Shown piece after piece: positions 13,341 to 24,910 of a stretch of 64,000 bases of DNA. The notes beneath the pieces were generated by a model that was not told the origin of the DNA, searched no databases, and saw nothing but the letters and a program-made list of their open reading frames with translations. This DNA is from Mobula hypostoma (lineage: Eukaryota). The first letter of the stretch is position 1. Each line of letters opens with the position of its first letter. Made by a program: the position numbers and the translations under genes. The stretch is taken from NCBI RefSeq assembly GCF_963921235.1, contig NC_086097.1, forward strand, positions 176,702,001-176,766,000, given 5' to 3'.

Positions 13341-13939
13341 CTGCCCATGAGAATATTGGTCTCCCTCAGGTTCAGGTGTTACTTGTCCCTTTTGTACAGG
13401 TCATACCTCCCCCAGAAGTGATCTCAATGATCCAAGAACCTGAAGCCCTGCCCCCTGCACCAGCTTCTCAGCCACACATTTACCTGCCAAGTCATCCTGT
13501 TTCCACGTTCACTAGCACATGGCACAGGCAGCAATCCAGAAATTATTATCCTGGTGTTCCTGCTTCTCAGCTTTCTAGCTAGTTCTCTAACTTCTGTCTT
13601 CAGGACCCCTTTGCTTTTCCATCCTGTCATTGGTACCAATATGTACCAAGACATCTGGCTGCTCTCCCTGCCTCTCTGAAATGCTGTGGATACGATCCAG
13701 GACGCCCCTGACCCTGGCACCTGGGTGGCAACATATCATTCGGATGTCCCATTCACATCCACAGAATCTCCTGTCCGTTTCCCTGAATATTGAGTCCCCT
13801 ATCACTACCTCTCCCCTCTTCTCCCTCTTTCCCTCCTGCACCACAGACTCATGCTCAGTGCTAGTAATCCAGTCTCCATGGCATTCCCCTGGGAGGTCAT
13901 CCTGCACAAAAGCATCCAAAACGGTTTACTTCTTGTAAA

Positions 13940-14060
13940 GTCACTGCCCAGAAGAAGACAAAGGCAAACCATTTCTATAGAAAAATTTGCCAAAAATAAT
14001 CATGGTCATGGATAGACTTGATTGCCTATGTCATACAACACAGCACATGACGATGGTGAT
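13940..14060 (+). mobile_element. RTE-type retroposon 3' end
   Basis: ggcaaaccatttctatagaaaaatttgcc...catggtcatgg motif with short gat-repeat tail. Confidence 0.5.
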
Positions 14061-14351
14061 TCTAAGGAACTGGATATATAGGTATTGAGTTAGACAGGGA
14101 AGGACCACAAAACGTGTGCATGGTAGGTTGTGTCTAACCAGTCTTATACTGGTTTTGGAGCAGGTTACTAGGAAAGCTGATGAAGAAAAGGCAGTGGAAA
14201 CTTCATCAAGGAACTTTAATAAAGTCCTATGTGGAAGTCTGGTCTACAAAGTTCAGTCGCTTGGCGTTCAGGATGAAGTAGTAAATTGGATTCCAAGAGT
14301 GGATAGTTGCCTCCCTGACTGGAAGCCTCTGACTAGATGTGTAACTGCAGG

Positions 14352-14552
14352 CAACACACATAAAAGTTGCTGGTGAACACAGCAGGTCAGGCAGCATCTC
14401 TAGGAGGTGGTACAGTCGACGTTTCGAGCCGAGACCCTTCTTCAGGGCTAACTGAAAGAAGAGCTAGCTTCTGCCTGGCTTGCTGCGTTCACCAGCAACT
14501 TTTATGTGTGTTGCTTGAAATTCCAGCATCTGCAGATTTCCTCGTGTTTACG
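14352..14552. mobile_element. Short Penelope terminal-repeat insertion, fold-back, with hammerhead core
   Basis: 14-bp TSD tgtgtaactgcagg (14338-14351, 14553-14566). Confidence 0.85.
14412..14450 (-). ncRNA. Minimal type I hammerhead ribozyme motif (Penelope-associated)
   Basis: Minus strand gccCTGAAGAagggtctcggctcGAAACGTCgactg: CUGANGA, stem II, GAAA, GUC cleavage triplet. Confidence 0.65.
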
Positions 14553-15202
14553 TGTGTAACTGCAGGGATTGGTTCTCTGTCTGTTGTTACCTGTCATCTA
14601 TTATTAATGATTTGGATGATAATGTTGTAAACTGAATCAGCAAATTTGCAGATGACACAAAGATTGGGGACACAGTGAACAGTAAGGAAAGCTGTCCAAG
14701 CTTGCGGCAGGATCTGGACCAGATGGAAAAATGGGCTGAGATATAGCAGATGGAATTTGATACAGACCAGTGTGAGGTGTTGCATTTTCTGAGGATAAAG
14801 CAAGTTAGGACATTCACAGTGAACGGTATCCCTCGGGTCCTGAAAGGGCCCTGACTATTATGAGATCTGGGAATACAGATCCATAGTTCCTTTGAAGTTG
14901 TTCACAAGTAGATATGGTCACAAAGAGAGCTTTCTGGTACATTGGCCTTCATAAATCATAGTATTGAATAAGGAGTTGAGACATTACGTTGAAGTTGTTT
15001 ACGATGTTTGGTGAGGCCAAGTTTGGAATATTCTGTGCAGATCTGGTCAGCTATCTACAGGAAAGATATCAATAAGATGGAAGGATTACGGGGAAAATTT
15101 ACAAGTATTTTGCCAGGACTTGAGGAGATGAGTTATAGGGGAAGGTTGAATAGGTTAGAACTTTATTGCCTCAAGTTTAGGAGAATGAGAGGGAGATTTG
15201 AT

Positions 15203-15778
15203 AGTAGTAGCAGCCATCGATCCCAGGGGATCATGGGATGGAACCTCTGATGGACTGTGCCCTCTCAAGAGCACAAGCCTGGGCGGGAAGATTTGAAGAA
15301 CTGGCTGTTGCCCATGCAGCGGGATTTCCCCTCTCCACGTCACTAATTTAGTCTAAGGGAAGGGCAAGCGCCGATATGGCTTGGCACCTGTCTCGTCGCA
15401 GATGTTGCCAGAGTGAAGTTGTAAGCAATATCAAACTGCCTTAGGGACTCCGGCTCCAGATTTCTTCCTTAGCATTTACTCCTGAAGCCTTTCCTTTGGG
15501 TGGATATGGCCGCAAGATAGTGAAGGTTTAAAATCAGAGTTTTCCTTCTCCCAGGCAGGTTGCTATTCAAGGCTGACGAGACCCACCTGCCCAAAGCAAC
15601 TAGTTTTGAGGTACCAGTGGTCCATCTTTTTCCCTTCTCTTGTCAGTAGAAACAGTTCCGCTGGGCCTAGTAGCTAAGCCACACGTGAAGGCCAAGAGAT
15701 GGACTTGGTTGTCAGAGGCTGTTAGTGACACAAGCCATTTGGAGCACTTCATAGGTAGTGGGAGCTTATCAATCTTAC
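15203..15778 (-). mobile_element. Non-autonomous RTE/Vingi-type SINE
   Basis: (CTA)n tail on minus strand, terminal stem ccatgatcccctgggatcgatgg, motif shared with 7895-8245. Confidence 0.55.
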
Positions 15779-15779
15779 T

Positions 15780-16905
15780 ATTGAGAAAGTAAAGAGGCAT
15801 GGGATCCAAGGGGACATTGCTTTGTGGATCCAGAACTGGCTTGCCCACAGAAGGCAAAGAGTGGTTGTAGACAGGTCATATTCTGCATGGAGGTCGGTGA
15901 GCAGTGGTGTGCCTCAGTGATCTGTTCTGGGACTCTTCATGATTTTTATAAATGACCTGGATGAGGAAGTGGAGGGATGGGTTAGTAAGTTTACTGATGA
16001 CACAAAGGTTGGAGGTGTTGTGGATAGTGTGGAGGGCTGTCAGAGGTTAGAGTGGGACATTGATAGGATGCAAAACTGGGCTGAGAAGTGGCAGATGGAC
16101 TTCAACCCAGATAAGTGTGAAGTGGTTCATTCTGGTAGGTCAAATATGATGGCACAATATAGTATTAACGGCAAGATTCTTTGCAGTGTGGAGGATCAGA
16201 GGGATCTTCGGGTCCGAGTCCATAGGATGCTCAAAGCAGCTGCGCAGGCTCTTTGGTTAAGAAGGCGTACGGTGTATTGGCCTTCATCAATCGTGGGATT
16301 GAGTTTAGGAGCCGAGAGATAATGTTGCAGCTATGTAGGACCCTAGTCAGACCACACTTGGAGTACTGTGCTCAGTTCTTGTCACCTCACTATAGAAAGG
16401 ATGTGGAAACCATAGAAAGGGTGCAGAGGAGATTTACAAGGATGTTGCCTGGATTGGGGAGCATACCATATGAGGATAGGTTGAGTGAACTCGGCCTTTT
16501 CTCCTTGGAGCGACGGAGGATGAGAGGTGACCTGATAGAGGTGTATAAAATGATGAGAGGCATTGATCGTGTGGATAGTCAGAGGCTTTTTCCCAGGGCT
16601 GAAATGGTTGCTGCAAGAGGACACAGGTTTAAGGTGCTGGGGAGCAGGTACAGAGGAGATGTCAAGGGTAAGTTTTTTACTCAGAGAGTGGTGGGTACAT
16701 GGAATGGGCTGCTGGCCACTGTGGTGGAGGCAGATACAATAGGGTCTTTTAAGAGAATTTTAGATAGGTACGTGGAGCTTAGTAAAATAGGGGGCTATAG
16801 GTAAGCCTAGTAATTTCTAAGGTTGGGACGAGTTCAGCACAACTCTGTGGGCTGAAGGGCCTGTATTGTGCTGTAGGTTTTTTATGTTTGTATGTTTCTA
16901 TGACT
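15780..16905 (+). mobile_element. CR1 LINE 3' part, relatively young
   Basis: ORFs 15939-16322 and 16253-16804 with SKFTDDTK and LVRPHLEYCAQF; tail tatgtttgtatgtttctatg. Confidence 0.95.
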
Positions 16906-17845
16906 ATGACAACATTAGGGGGATTTGATAGAGGCACAGTATGCCATATTGTGAGAGGTACAATAGGATAATGCAAGCAAGCTTTTTCTGCTGAGTTTGG
17001 GTGACACTAGATCTAGTGGTCATAGGTTAATGGTGAATATTGTAGGGAAAGATAGCGGGGGTCTTCTTCACACAGAATGCAGAGCAAATGAGAAATGAGA
17101 TGCCAACGGATGTTGTGGATGCAGATACAATTACAATATTGAAGAGAAGTTTGGATAAGTATATAAACTGGAGGGATATGGAGGGCTATGGTCCAGGTGC
17201 AGGTCAATGGGACGAGGCAGATTAATAGTTTGACATGGACTAGTTCGACCAAAATGCCTGTTTCAGTGCTGTAGTGCTCTATGACTCTTTGACACTATCA
17301 CTTTATGTTCTGACATGCCCAAAGCATCCTTGAAGGATTGCATTATTGCCACTGATTCCTGCGGCTCTCTGTCCCATGAAATGGAGAAGGAGGATCGAGG
17401 ATTGTGTGAAGAAGCCTGCCTTGCTTGCTGTCTACTGCTACTCCTCCAAACTTTGTGTGATCTGCAATTTTGCTGATCAAATTTACCACTTTAATTGGCA
17501 CCAGGATCACGTGCAGCCCCTGGCTGAAGGAGTGAATCATCTCACAAACTACCCTACCCCTCACCTTGCCCATCTGTGGAATGTTCTGTAGGTTCACGCT
17601 GGTCTCAGCAATCGTCTCAGAGTCTACAGAACTGGAGTTGAAGCAGGCTACATTCAATCCATGGAAATGCCTATGAAAGAATAAGTATTACAATCTTATA
17701 TAGCTTGCAAAGTTATTACTGCATGTTTAGACAGGTTGCACCTGAACTGGAGGGGAACCAATATCCTAGCTTGGAGGCTTGCTAGTGTTACTCAGGAGTG
17801 AGAGCACCAGGTTAGAATGTGAAGGGATGGAGAAACAGATAGATA

Positions 17846-20584
17846 TAGAAAACATAGAAAACATACAGCACAATACAGGCCCTTCCGCCCACAAGCTGTG
17901 CCGAACATGTCCCGACCTTAGAACTACCTAAGCTTTACCCATAGCCCTCTATTTTTCTAAGCTCCATGTAGCCATCCAGGAATCTCTTAAAAGACCCTAT
18001 CGTTTCCGCCTCCACTGCTGCCCTTGGCAGCCTATTCCACACACTCACCACTCTCTGTGTAAAAAACTTACCCCTGACATGTCCTCTGTACCTACTTCCA
18101 AGCACCTTAAAACTATGCCATCTCATGCTAGCCATTTCAGCCCTGGGGAAAAGCCTCTGACTATCAACACGATCAATGCCTCTCATTATATTGTACATCT
18201 CTGTCAAGTCACCACTCATCCTCCGTCGCTCCAAGGAGAAAAGGCCACATTCACTCAACCTATTCTCATAAGGCATGCTCCCCAATCCAGGCAACATTCT
18301 TGTAAATCTCCTCTGCACCCTTTCTATGGTTTCCACGTCCTTCCTGTAGTGAGGCAACCAGAATGGAGCTCAGTACTCCAAATGGTGTCTGACCAGGGTC
18401 CTATATAGCTGCAACATTACCTCTCACTCTTAGACAATCCCACGGTTGATGAAGGCCAATGCACCGTACGCCTTCTTAACCACAGAGTCAACCTGCATAG
18501 CAGCTTTGAGTGTCCTATGGATTCAGACCCCAAGATCCCTCTGATCCTCCAAACTGCCAAGAGTCTTACCATTAATGCTGTATTCTGCCATCATATTTGA
18601 CCTACCAAAATGAACCACCTCACACTTATCTGGGTTGGATTCCTTCTGCCACTTCTCAGCCCTGTTTTGCATCCTATCAATGTCTCTTTGTAACTTCTGA
18701 CAGCCCTCCACACTATCCACAACACTCCCAACCTTTGTGTCATCAGCAAATTTACTAACCCACCCTCTACTTCCTCATCCAGGTCATTTATAAAAATCAC
18801 AAAGAGTAGGGGTCCTAGAACAGATCCCTGAGGCACACTATTGGTCACCAGCCTCTATGCAGAATGTGACCCATCTACAACCTCTTTTTGCCTTCTGTGG
18901 GCAAGCCAGTACTGGATCCACAAAGCAATGTCCCTCTTTGATCCCATGCCTCCTTACTTTCTCAATAAGACTCGCATGGGATACCTTATTAAATGCTTTG
19001 CTAAAATCCATAAACACTACATCTACGGCTCTACCTTCATCTATGTTTAGTCACATCCTCAAAAAGTTCAGTCAGGCTCATAAGGCACGACCTGCCTTTG
19101 ACAAAGCCATGCTGACTATTCCTAATCATATTATGCCTCTCCAAATGTTCATGAGTCCCGCCTTTCAGGATGTTCTCTATCAACTGAAGTAAGACTCACT
19201 GGCTTATAATTTCCTGGGTTATCCCTACTCCCTTTCTTGCACAAGAGAACAACATCCGCAACCCTCCAGTCCTCCAGAACCTCTCCCATCCTCATTGATG
19301 ATGCAAAGATCATTGCCAGAGGCTCAGCAATCTCCTCCCTCACTTCCCACAGTAGCCTGGGGTATATCCCATCCCATCCCAGTGACTTATCCAACTTGAT
19401 GCTTTCCAAAAGCTCCAGCACATCCTCTTTTTTAATATCTACATTCTCAAGCTTTTCAGTCCACTGCAAGTCATCCCTACAATCACCAAGATCCTTTTCC
19501 ATAGTGAATACTGAAGCAAAGTATTCATTAAGTACCTCCACTATTTCTTCCGGTTCCATACACACTTTTCCATTGACACACTTGATTGGTCCTATTCTCT
19601 CATGTTTTATCCTCTTGCTGTTCACATACTTGTAGAATGCCTTGGGGTTTTCCTTAATCCTGTCCGCCAAGGCCCTCTCATGGCCTCTTTTGGCTCTCCT
19701 AATTTCATTCTTAAGCTCCTTCCTGCTTGCCTTATAATCTTCTAGATTCATATCATTACCTACCTTTCTGAACCTTTCGTAAGCTCTTCTCTTCCTCTTG
19801 ACTAGATTTGCAACAGCCTTTGTGCACCACAGATCTTGTACCCTACCATCCTTTCCATGTCTCATTGGAACATACCTACTCAGAACCCCACGCAAATATC
19901 CCCTGAACATATGCCACATTTCTTCGGTACATTTCCCTGAGAACATCTGTCTCCAATTTATGCTTCCAGGTTCCTGCCGATAGCCTCATATTTCCCCTTA
20001 CTCCAATTAAACCTCTCCCAAACTTGTCTGTTCCTATCCCTCTCCAATGCTATGGTAAAGGAGATAGAATTGTGATCACTATCTCCAAAATGCTCTCCTA
20101 CTGAGATATCTGACACTTGACCAGGTTCATTTCCCAATACCAGATCAAGTACAGCCTCTCCTCTTGTAGGCTTATCTGCATAATGTGTTAAGAAACCATC
20201 CTGAACACACCAAACAAACTCCACCCCATCTAAACCCCTCACTCTATGGAGATGCCAATCAATATTTGGGAAATTAAAATCTCCCACCACGACAACCCTG
20301 TTATTATTACTCCTTTCCAGAATCTGTCTCCCTATCTGCTCCTCGACGTCCCTGTTACTATTGGGTGGTCTATTAAAAACACCCAGTAGAGTTATTGACC
20401 CCTTCCTATTCCTAACTTCCACCCACAGAGACTTCGTAGACAACCCCTCCATGACTTCCTCCTTTTCTGCAGCCATGACACTATCTCTGATCAACAGTGC
20501 CACGCCCCCACCTCTTTTGCCTCCCTCCCTGTCCTTTCTGAAACATCTAAAGCCTGGTGCTTGAAGTAGCCATTCCTGCCCCAT
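17846..20584 (-). mobile_element. CR1 LINE ORF2 nearly complete (endonuclease + RT), frameshifted
   Basis: ORFs 19958-20584 (GDFNFPNIDW, GDSDH), 19149-19946, 18591-18848, 17935-18357; tail aaaacatag repeats. Confidence 0.95.
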
Positions 20585-21075
20585 TGAAAATAGACAGGAG
20601 CAAAGTAATAGATAGGATAGGATGGATTGTTAGTTATGTGTATATTTTACGGCTAGGATCATTATGGGTAAAGGAGATGAACTTAAAGCATGGATTAGTA
20701 CATGGAACTATGATGTTGAGGCTATTACGGAGACTTGATTGAGAGAGGGTCAGGAATGGGTGCTTAATGTCCCAGGTTTTCGATGTTTTAGAAAAGATAG
20801 AGAGGGAGGCAGTGTGGAGTTGCACTACAAATCAGGGATAATATCACAGTTGCACTCAGAGGGGACATAATGGAAGGCTCATCCACTGAGTCTATATGGG
20901 TACAACTTAAAGTCACCCTGATGGGATTGTACTTCTGGGCCTTCAACCCCAACCCCTGACCCTCACACAAATGTCATTGGAACATTAAGGAACAGATAAC
21001 CAAGCAAGTTGAGGGAAGATGTAAAAATAATAGGGTTGTTGTCATGGGGGACTTCATTTTCCCTAATATAAATTG
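20585..21075 (+). mobile_element. CR1 endonuclease fragment
   Basis: Degenerate VEAITET, PGFRCFRKDR, VVVMGDF. Confidence 0.8.
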
Positions 21076-24065
21076 GGACGGATGGTAGTTTGTCTTCCAG
21101 GTGCCAGGGTCCGAGATGTTTCTGGATGCATCCACAAGATCCTGAAAAGGGAGGATGAGCAGCCAGAGGTCATAGTACATATTGGTGCCAACAACATAGG
21201 TAGGAAAAGGGAGGAGGTCCTGTAAAAAGAATACAGGGAGCTAGGAAGGAAACTTAGAAGAAGGACATCAAGGTAGTGATCTTGAGATTGCTGCCTGTGC
21301 CATTCGACAGTGAGGATAGGAATAGAATGGAGAGGCAGATAAATGCATAGCTGAGGAATTGGAGCAGGGGGCAGGGATTCAGATTTCTGGATAATTTGGA
21401 CCTCTTCTGGGGCAGGTGTGATCTATACAAAAGGGATGGGTTGCACTTGAATCCGAGGGGGGCCAATATTCTTGCAGGCAGGGTTACTAGAGTTGTTGGG
21501 AGTAATTTAAACTAATATGGCACGGGGATGAGAACCAGTATGGGAGAGCTAAGGGTGAGCCAGCAGGTTTACAATTGGGTGATGGATTGTAGCATGAATG
21601 TAAGGAAGGACAAGCCAATGACTGGGTACAAATTCAGACAGTGCAAAGAGTTAAATTGTACCACAGAGACAACATTCAAATGGGAAAAAAATACAGGACT
21701 GAAGGTGCTGTATTTAAATGTGCGTAGCATTTGGAAAATAAGGTGGACGAACTCGTGGTGCAATTAGACATTGATCAGTATGACGTTGTGGGCATCACTG
21801 AGTCATGACTAAAATAAAGGCCATAATTGGAAGCTTAACATCAAAGGACATACATTGTATCAAAAGGACAGGCAGGAAGGCATAGGTGGTGGTGTGGCTC
21901 TGTCGGGAAGAGATGGAATTACATCTTTAGAAAGAGGTGACGTAGGTTCAAAAAATGTTGAATTTTTTGGATGAAGTTAAGAAACTGCAAGGGTAAGGAA
22001 ACATTTATGGGTATCATATATAGGCTACCAAATAGTAGCTAAGATGTGGGGTTGAGATTACAAAGGCAGCTGGAAAATGCATGCAATAAGGGTAATGTCA
22101 CAATTATAATGGGGAACTTCAATATGCAAGGGGATTGGGAAAATCAGATTGATGTTGCATCGCAAGAGAAGGAACTTGTTGAATGCCTATGAGGTGGCTT
22201 TTTAGAGCAGCTTGTGTTTGAACCTACTTGGCAAAAGGCTACCTTAGATTGGGTATTGTGTAATAACTCAGATCTTATTAAAGGAACCCTTAGGAGGCAG
22301 TAATCATAATACGATTGAATTAATACTGCAATTTGAAAGAGAGAAGCATAAGTCACATGTATCAGTATCACAATGGAATAAAAGGAATTACGGAGGCATG
22401 AAAGAGGAGCTTGTCCAGGTGGACTGGTGGAGGATACTATCGGGGTGATGGCAGATCAGAGGTGGCTGATGTTTCAGGGAATAGTTCACAAGGTTCAGGA
22501 TAGATATATCCCACAGAGGAAGATGTTATCAAATGGCAGGGGTAGTTAAACGTGGCTGTCAAAGGAAGTTAAGGACTGCATAAAAACCAAGGAAAGGGAA
22601 TATAAGGTAGCAAAGGTGAGTGGGAAGTTAAATGATTGGGAAGTTTTTTAAATCCAACAAAAGGCATAAGAAGGGAAAAGATTAAATATGATGGCAAACT
22701 AGCCAATAATATAAAGCAGGATACTAAAAGTTTTTTTTTTCATTTATACAAAGAGTAAATTGGAGGTGAGAGTTGATATTGAACCACTGAAAAATGATGC
22801 TGGTGAGGTAGTAACAGGGGACAAAGAAATGGCAGATGAACTTAATGGGTACTTCGCATCAATCTTCACTGTGGAAGACATTAGTAGTGTGCCAGAGGTT
22901 CGTGACTGCCATTGTTATTACAAAGGAAAAAGTGCTTGGCTGACTCAAAGATCTTAAGGTGGATAAGTCACCCAGAGTCCTAAGAGAGGTTGCTGAAGAG
23001 ATAACGGATACATTGTTCATGATCTTTCAAGAATCACTTGATTCTGCATTGGTCCCGGAGGACTGAAAGATTGCAAATGTCACTCTGCTCTTTAAGAAAG
23101 GAGGAAGGCAAAAGAAAGGAATTTATAGGCCAGTTAACCTAACCTCGTTGGTTGGGAAAATGTTGGAGTCTATTATTAAGGATGAGGTTTTGGGGTACTT
23201 GGAGACTACTGATAAAATAAGTCAAAGTCAGTATGGTTTCTATAAAGAAAAATCTTGCCTAACGAATCTGTTAGAGTTCTTCGGGGAAGTAACAAGGTGA
23301 GTGGACAAAGGAGAGGCAGTGGATGTCATTTGCTTGGACTTTCAGAAGGTGTTTGATAAGGTGTCACACATGAGGCTGCTTAACAAGATCAAATCCTATG
23401 GTGTTACTGGAAAGATACCGGCATGGATAGCAGAATGGCAGCGTGTGAATAATAGGGGCCTTTTCTGATTGGCTAATGGTGACTAGTGGTGTTCCTCAGG
23501 GGTCAGTATTAGGACCACTGCTTTTCACATTGTTTGTCAATGATTTAGATAATGGAATTGATGGCTTTGTGCAAAGTTTGCAGATGATAAAAAGATAGGT
23601 GGAGGGGTAGATAGTGCCGAGGAAGCAATGCGATTGCAGCAGGACTTATTGGAAGAATGGGCAAAAAAGTGACAGACTGAATACAGTGTTGGGAAATGTA
23701 GAATAATGCATATTGGGAAAAGGAACAATAGTGCAAACTATTATCTAAATGGGGAGAAGGTTCAAACATCAGAGGTGTAAAAAATCTTGAAAGTCCTTGT
23801 GCAAGACTCCCAGAAAGTTAACTTACAGGTTGAGTCTGTGGTAAAGAAGGCAAATGCAATGTTGGCATTTATTTCAAGGGGAATAGAATATAAAAAACAA
23901 TGAGATAATGCTGAGCCTTAATAAGATTCTAGTTAGGCCACATTTAGAGTATTGTCAACAATTTTGGACCCCATATCTCAGAAAGGATGTGTTGTCATTG
24001 GAGAGAGTCCAGAGGTGGTTTACAAGGATGATTCTGGGAATGAAGTGATTAACATATGAGCACTG
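21076..24065 (+). mobile_element. CR1 LINE (ORF1 C-terminal part + ORF2), degenerate
   Basis: ORF1 VHIGANN and DGLHLN; ORF2 LKVLYLNVRSI through LVRPHLEY; many stops. Confidence 0.92.
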
Positions 24066-24910
24066 TTTGGTCTTATGGGACCTTCTGAATGCAAGAGGCT
24101 CAGATGGAGTTGAATTTATTAGGTACATCCAAGAGGCTTTCCTAATTCAATATGTAGATAGTCTAACAAGAGGGAGGGCTGTACTGCACCTGGTGTTGGG
24201 TAATGAGCTTAGCCAGGTGACCAACCTTTCAGTAGGTGAGCAGTTAGAAAACAGTGACCACAAACCCATTAGTTTTAAGATACGTAGCTATAGATAAGGA
24301 TAAGTAATGGACCTTGCAGGGGAGCATTAATTTAGAGCAGTGCAAATTATGAGCACGTTAGGGAGAAACTAGGGAGAGTTAATTGGGAACAGTTGTTTTT
24401 GGGCAAGTCCATATCTGACACATGGAGAATCTTTAAAGACCAACTGCACAGAGTATAGGACAGATATGTTCCGGTAAGAAGGAAGGACAAGGATGGCAAG
24501 TTGAGGGAACCTTGGATGAATTTAGTCAAAAAGAAAAAGGAAAAATATGTGAAGCTTAGGAAACTAGAATCAAACAGAGCCCTTAAGGATTATAAAGAAG
24601 ACAAAAAAGAATTAGAAAAGCCAGGAGGGCCCATGAAAAGTCCTTGACAAGTAGGATTAAAGAGAATCCCTAGGCATTCTATACATACATCAAGAGCAAG
24701 AGGATAACTAGGGAGAGGGTAGGGCCACTCAGAGATAAAATTCTGACATTTGCTTTGATGGGGAAGATGTAGGTGAGGTCCTTAGTAAGTCATTAGTACT
24801 TAACTCCTGGATAAGTATTTACCAAGGACAAGGAGGATAGGGAGATCAGTGCTGGGTGTATTGATATGCTGGAGCATTTTGAAGTAAAGGAGGAGAGAAG
24901 AGCAATAAGG

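Larger units (their letters stand above)
9996..13935 (-). mobile_element. Near full-length degenerate CR1 LINE (ORF1 SGNH esterase-like, ORF2 endonuclease + RT)
   Basis: ORF1 VIGDSIFRETDRRFCG...ICCHPGARV...VHIGTND; ORF2 VVTITESWL and NYRPVSLTSVVGKMLE; 3' tail at about 9996-10015. Confidence 0.93.
14105..15200 (+). mobile_element. CR1 RT fragment, old
   Basis: HGRLCLTSL, SKFADDTK-like, VRPSLEYSVQIW. Confidence 0.85.

Noticed and set aside
11866..14560. Recurring ccagcaactttgatgtgtgttg repeats as a CRISPR-like array
   Set aside because: Dispersed and partly inverted Penelope terminal repeats with no regular spacers; vertebrate context.
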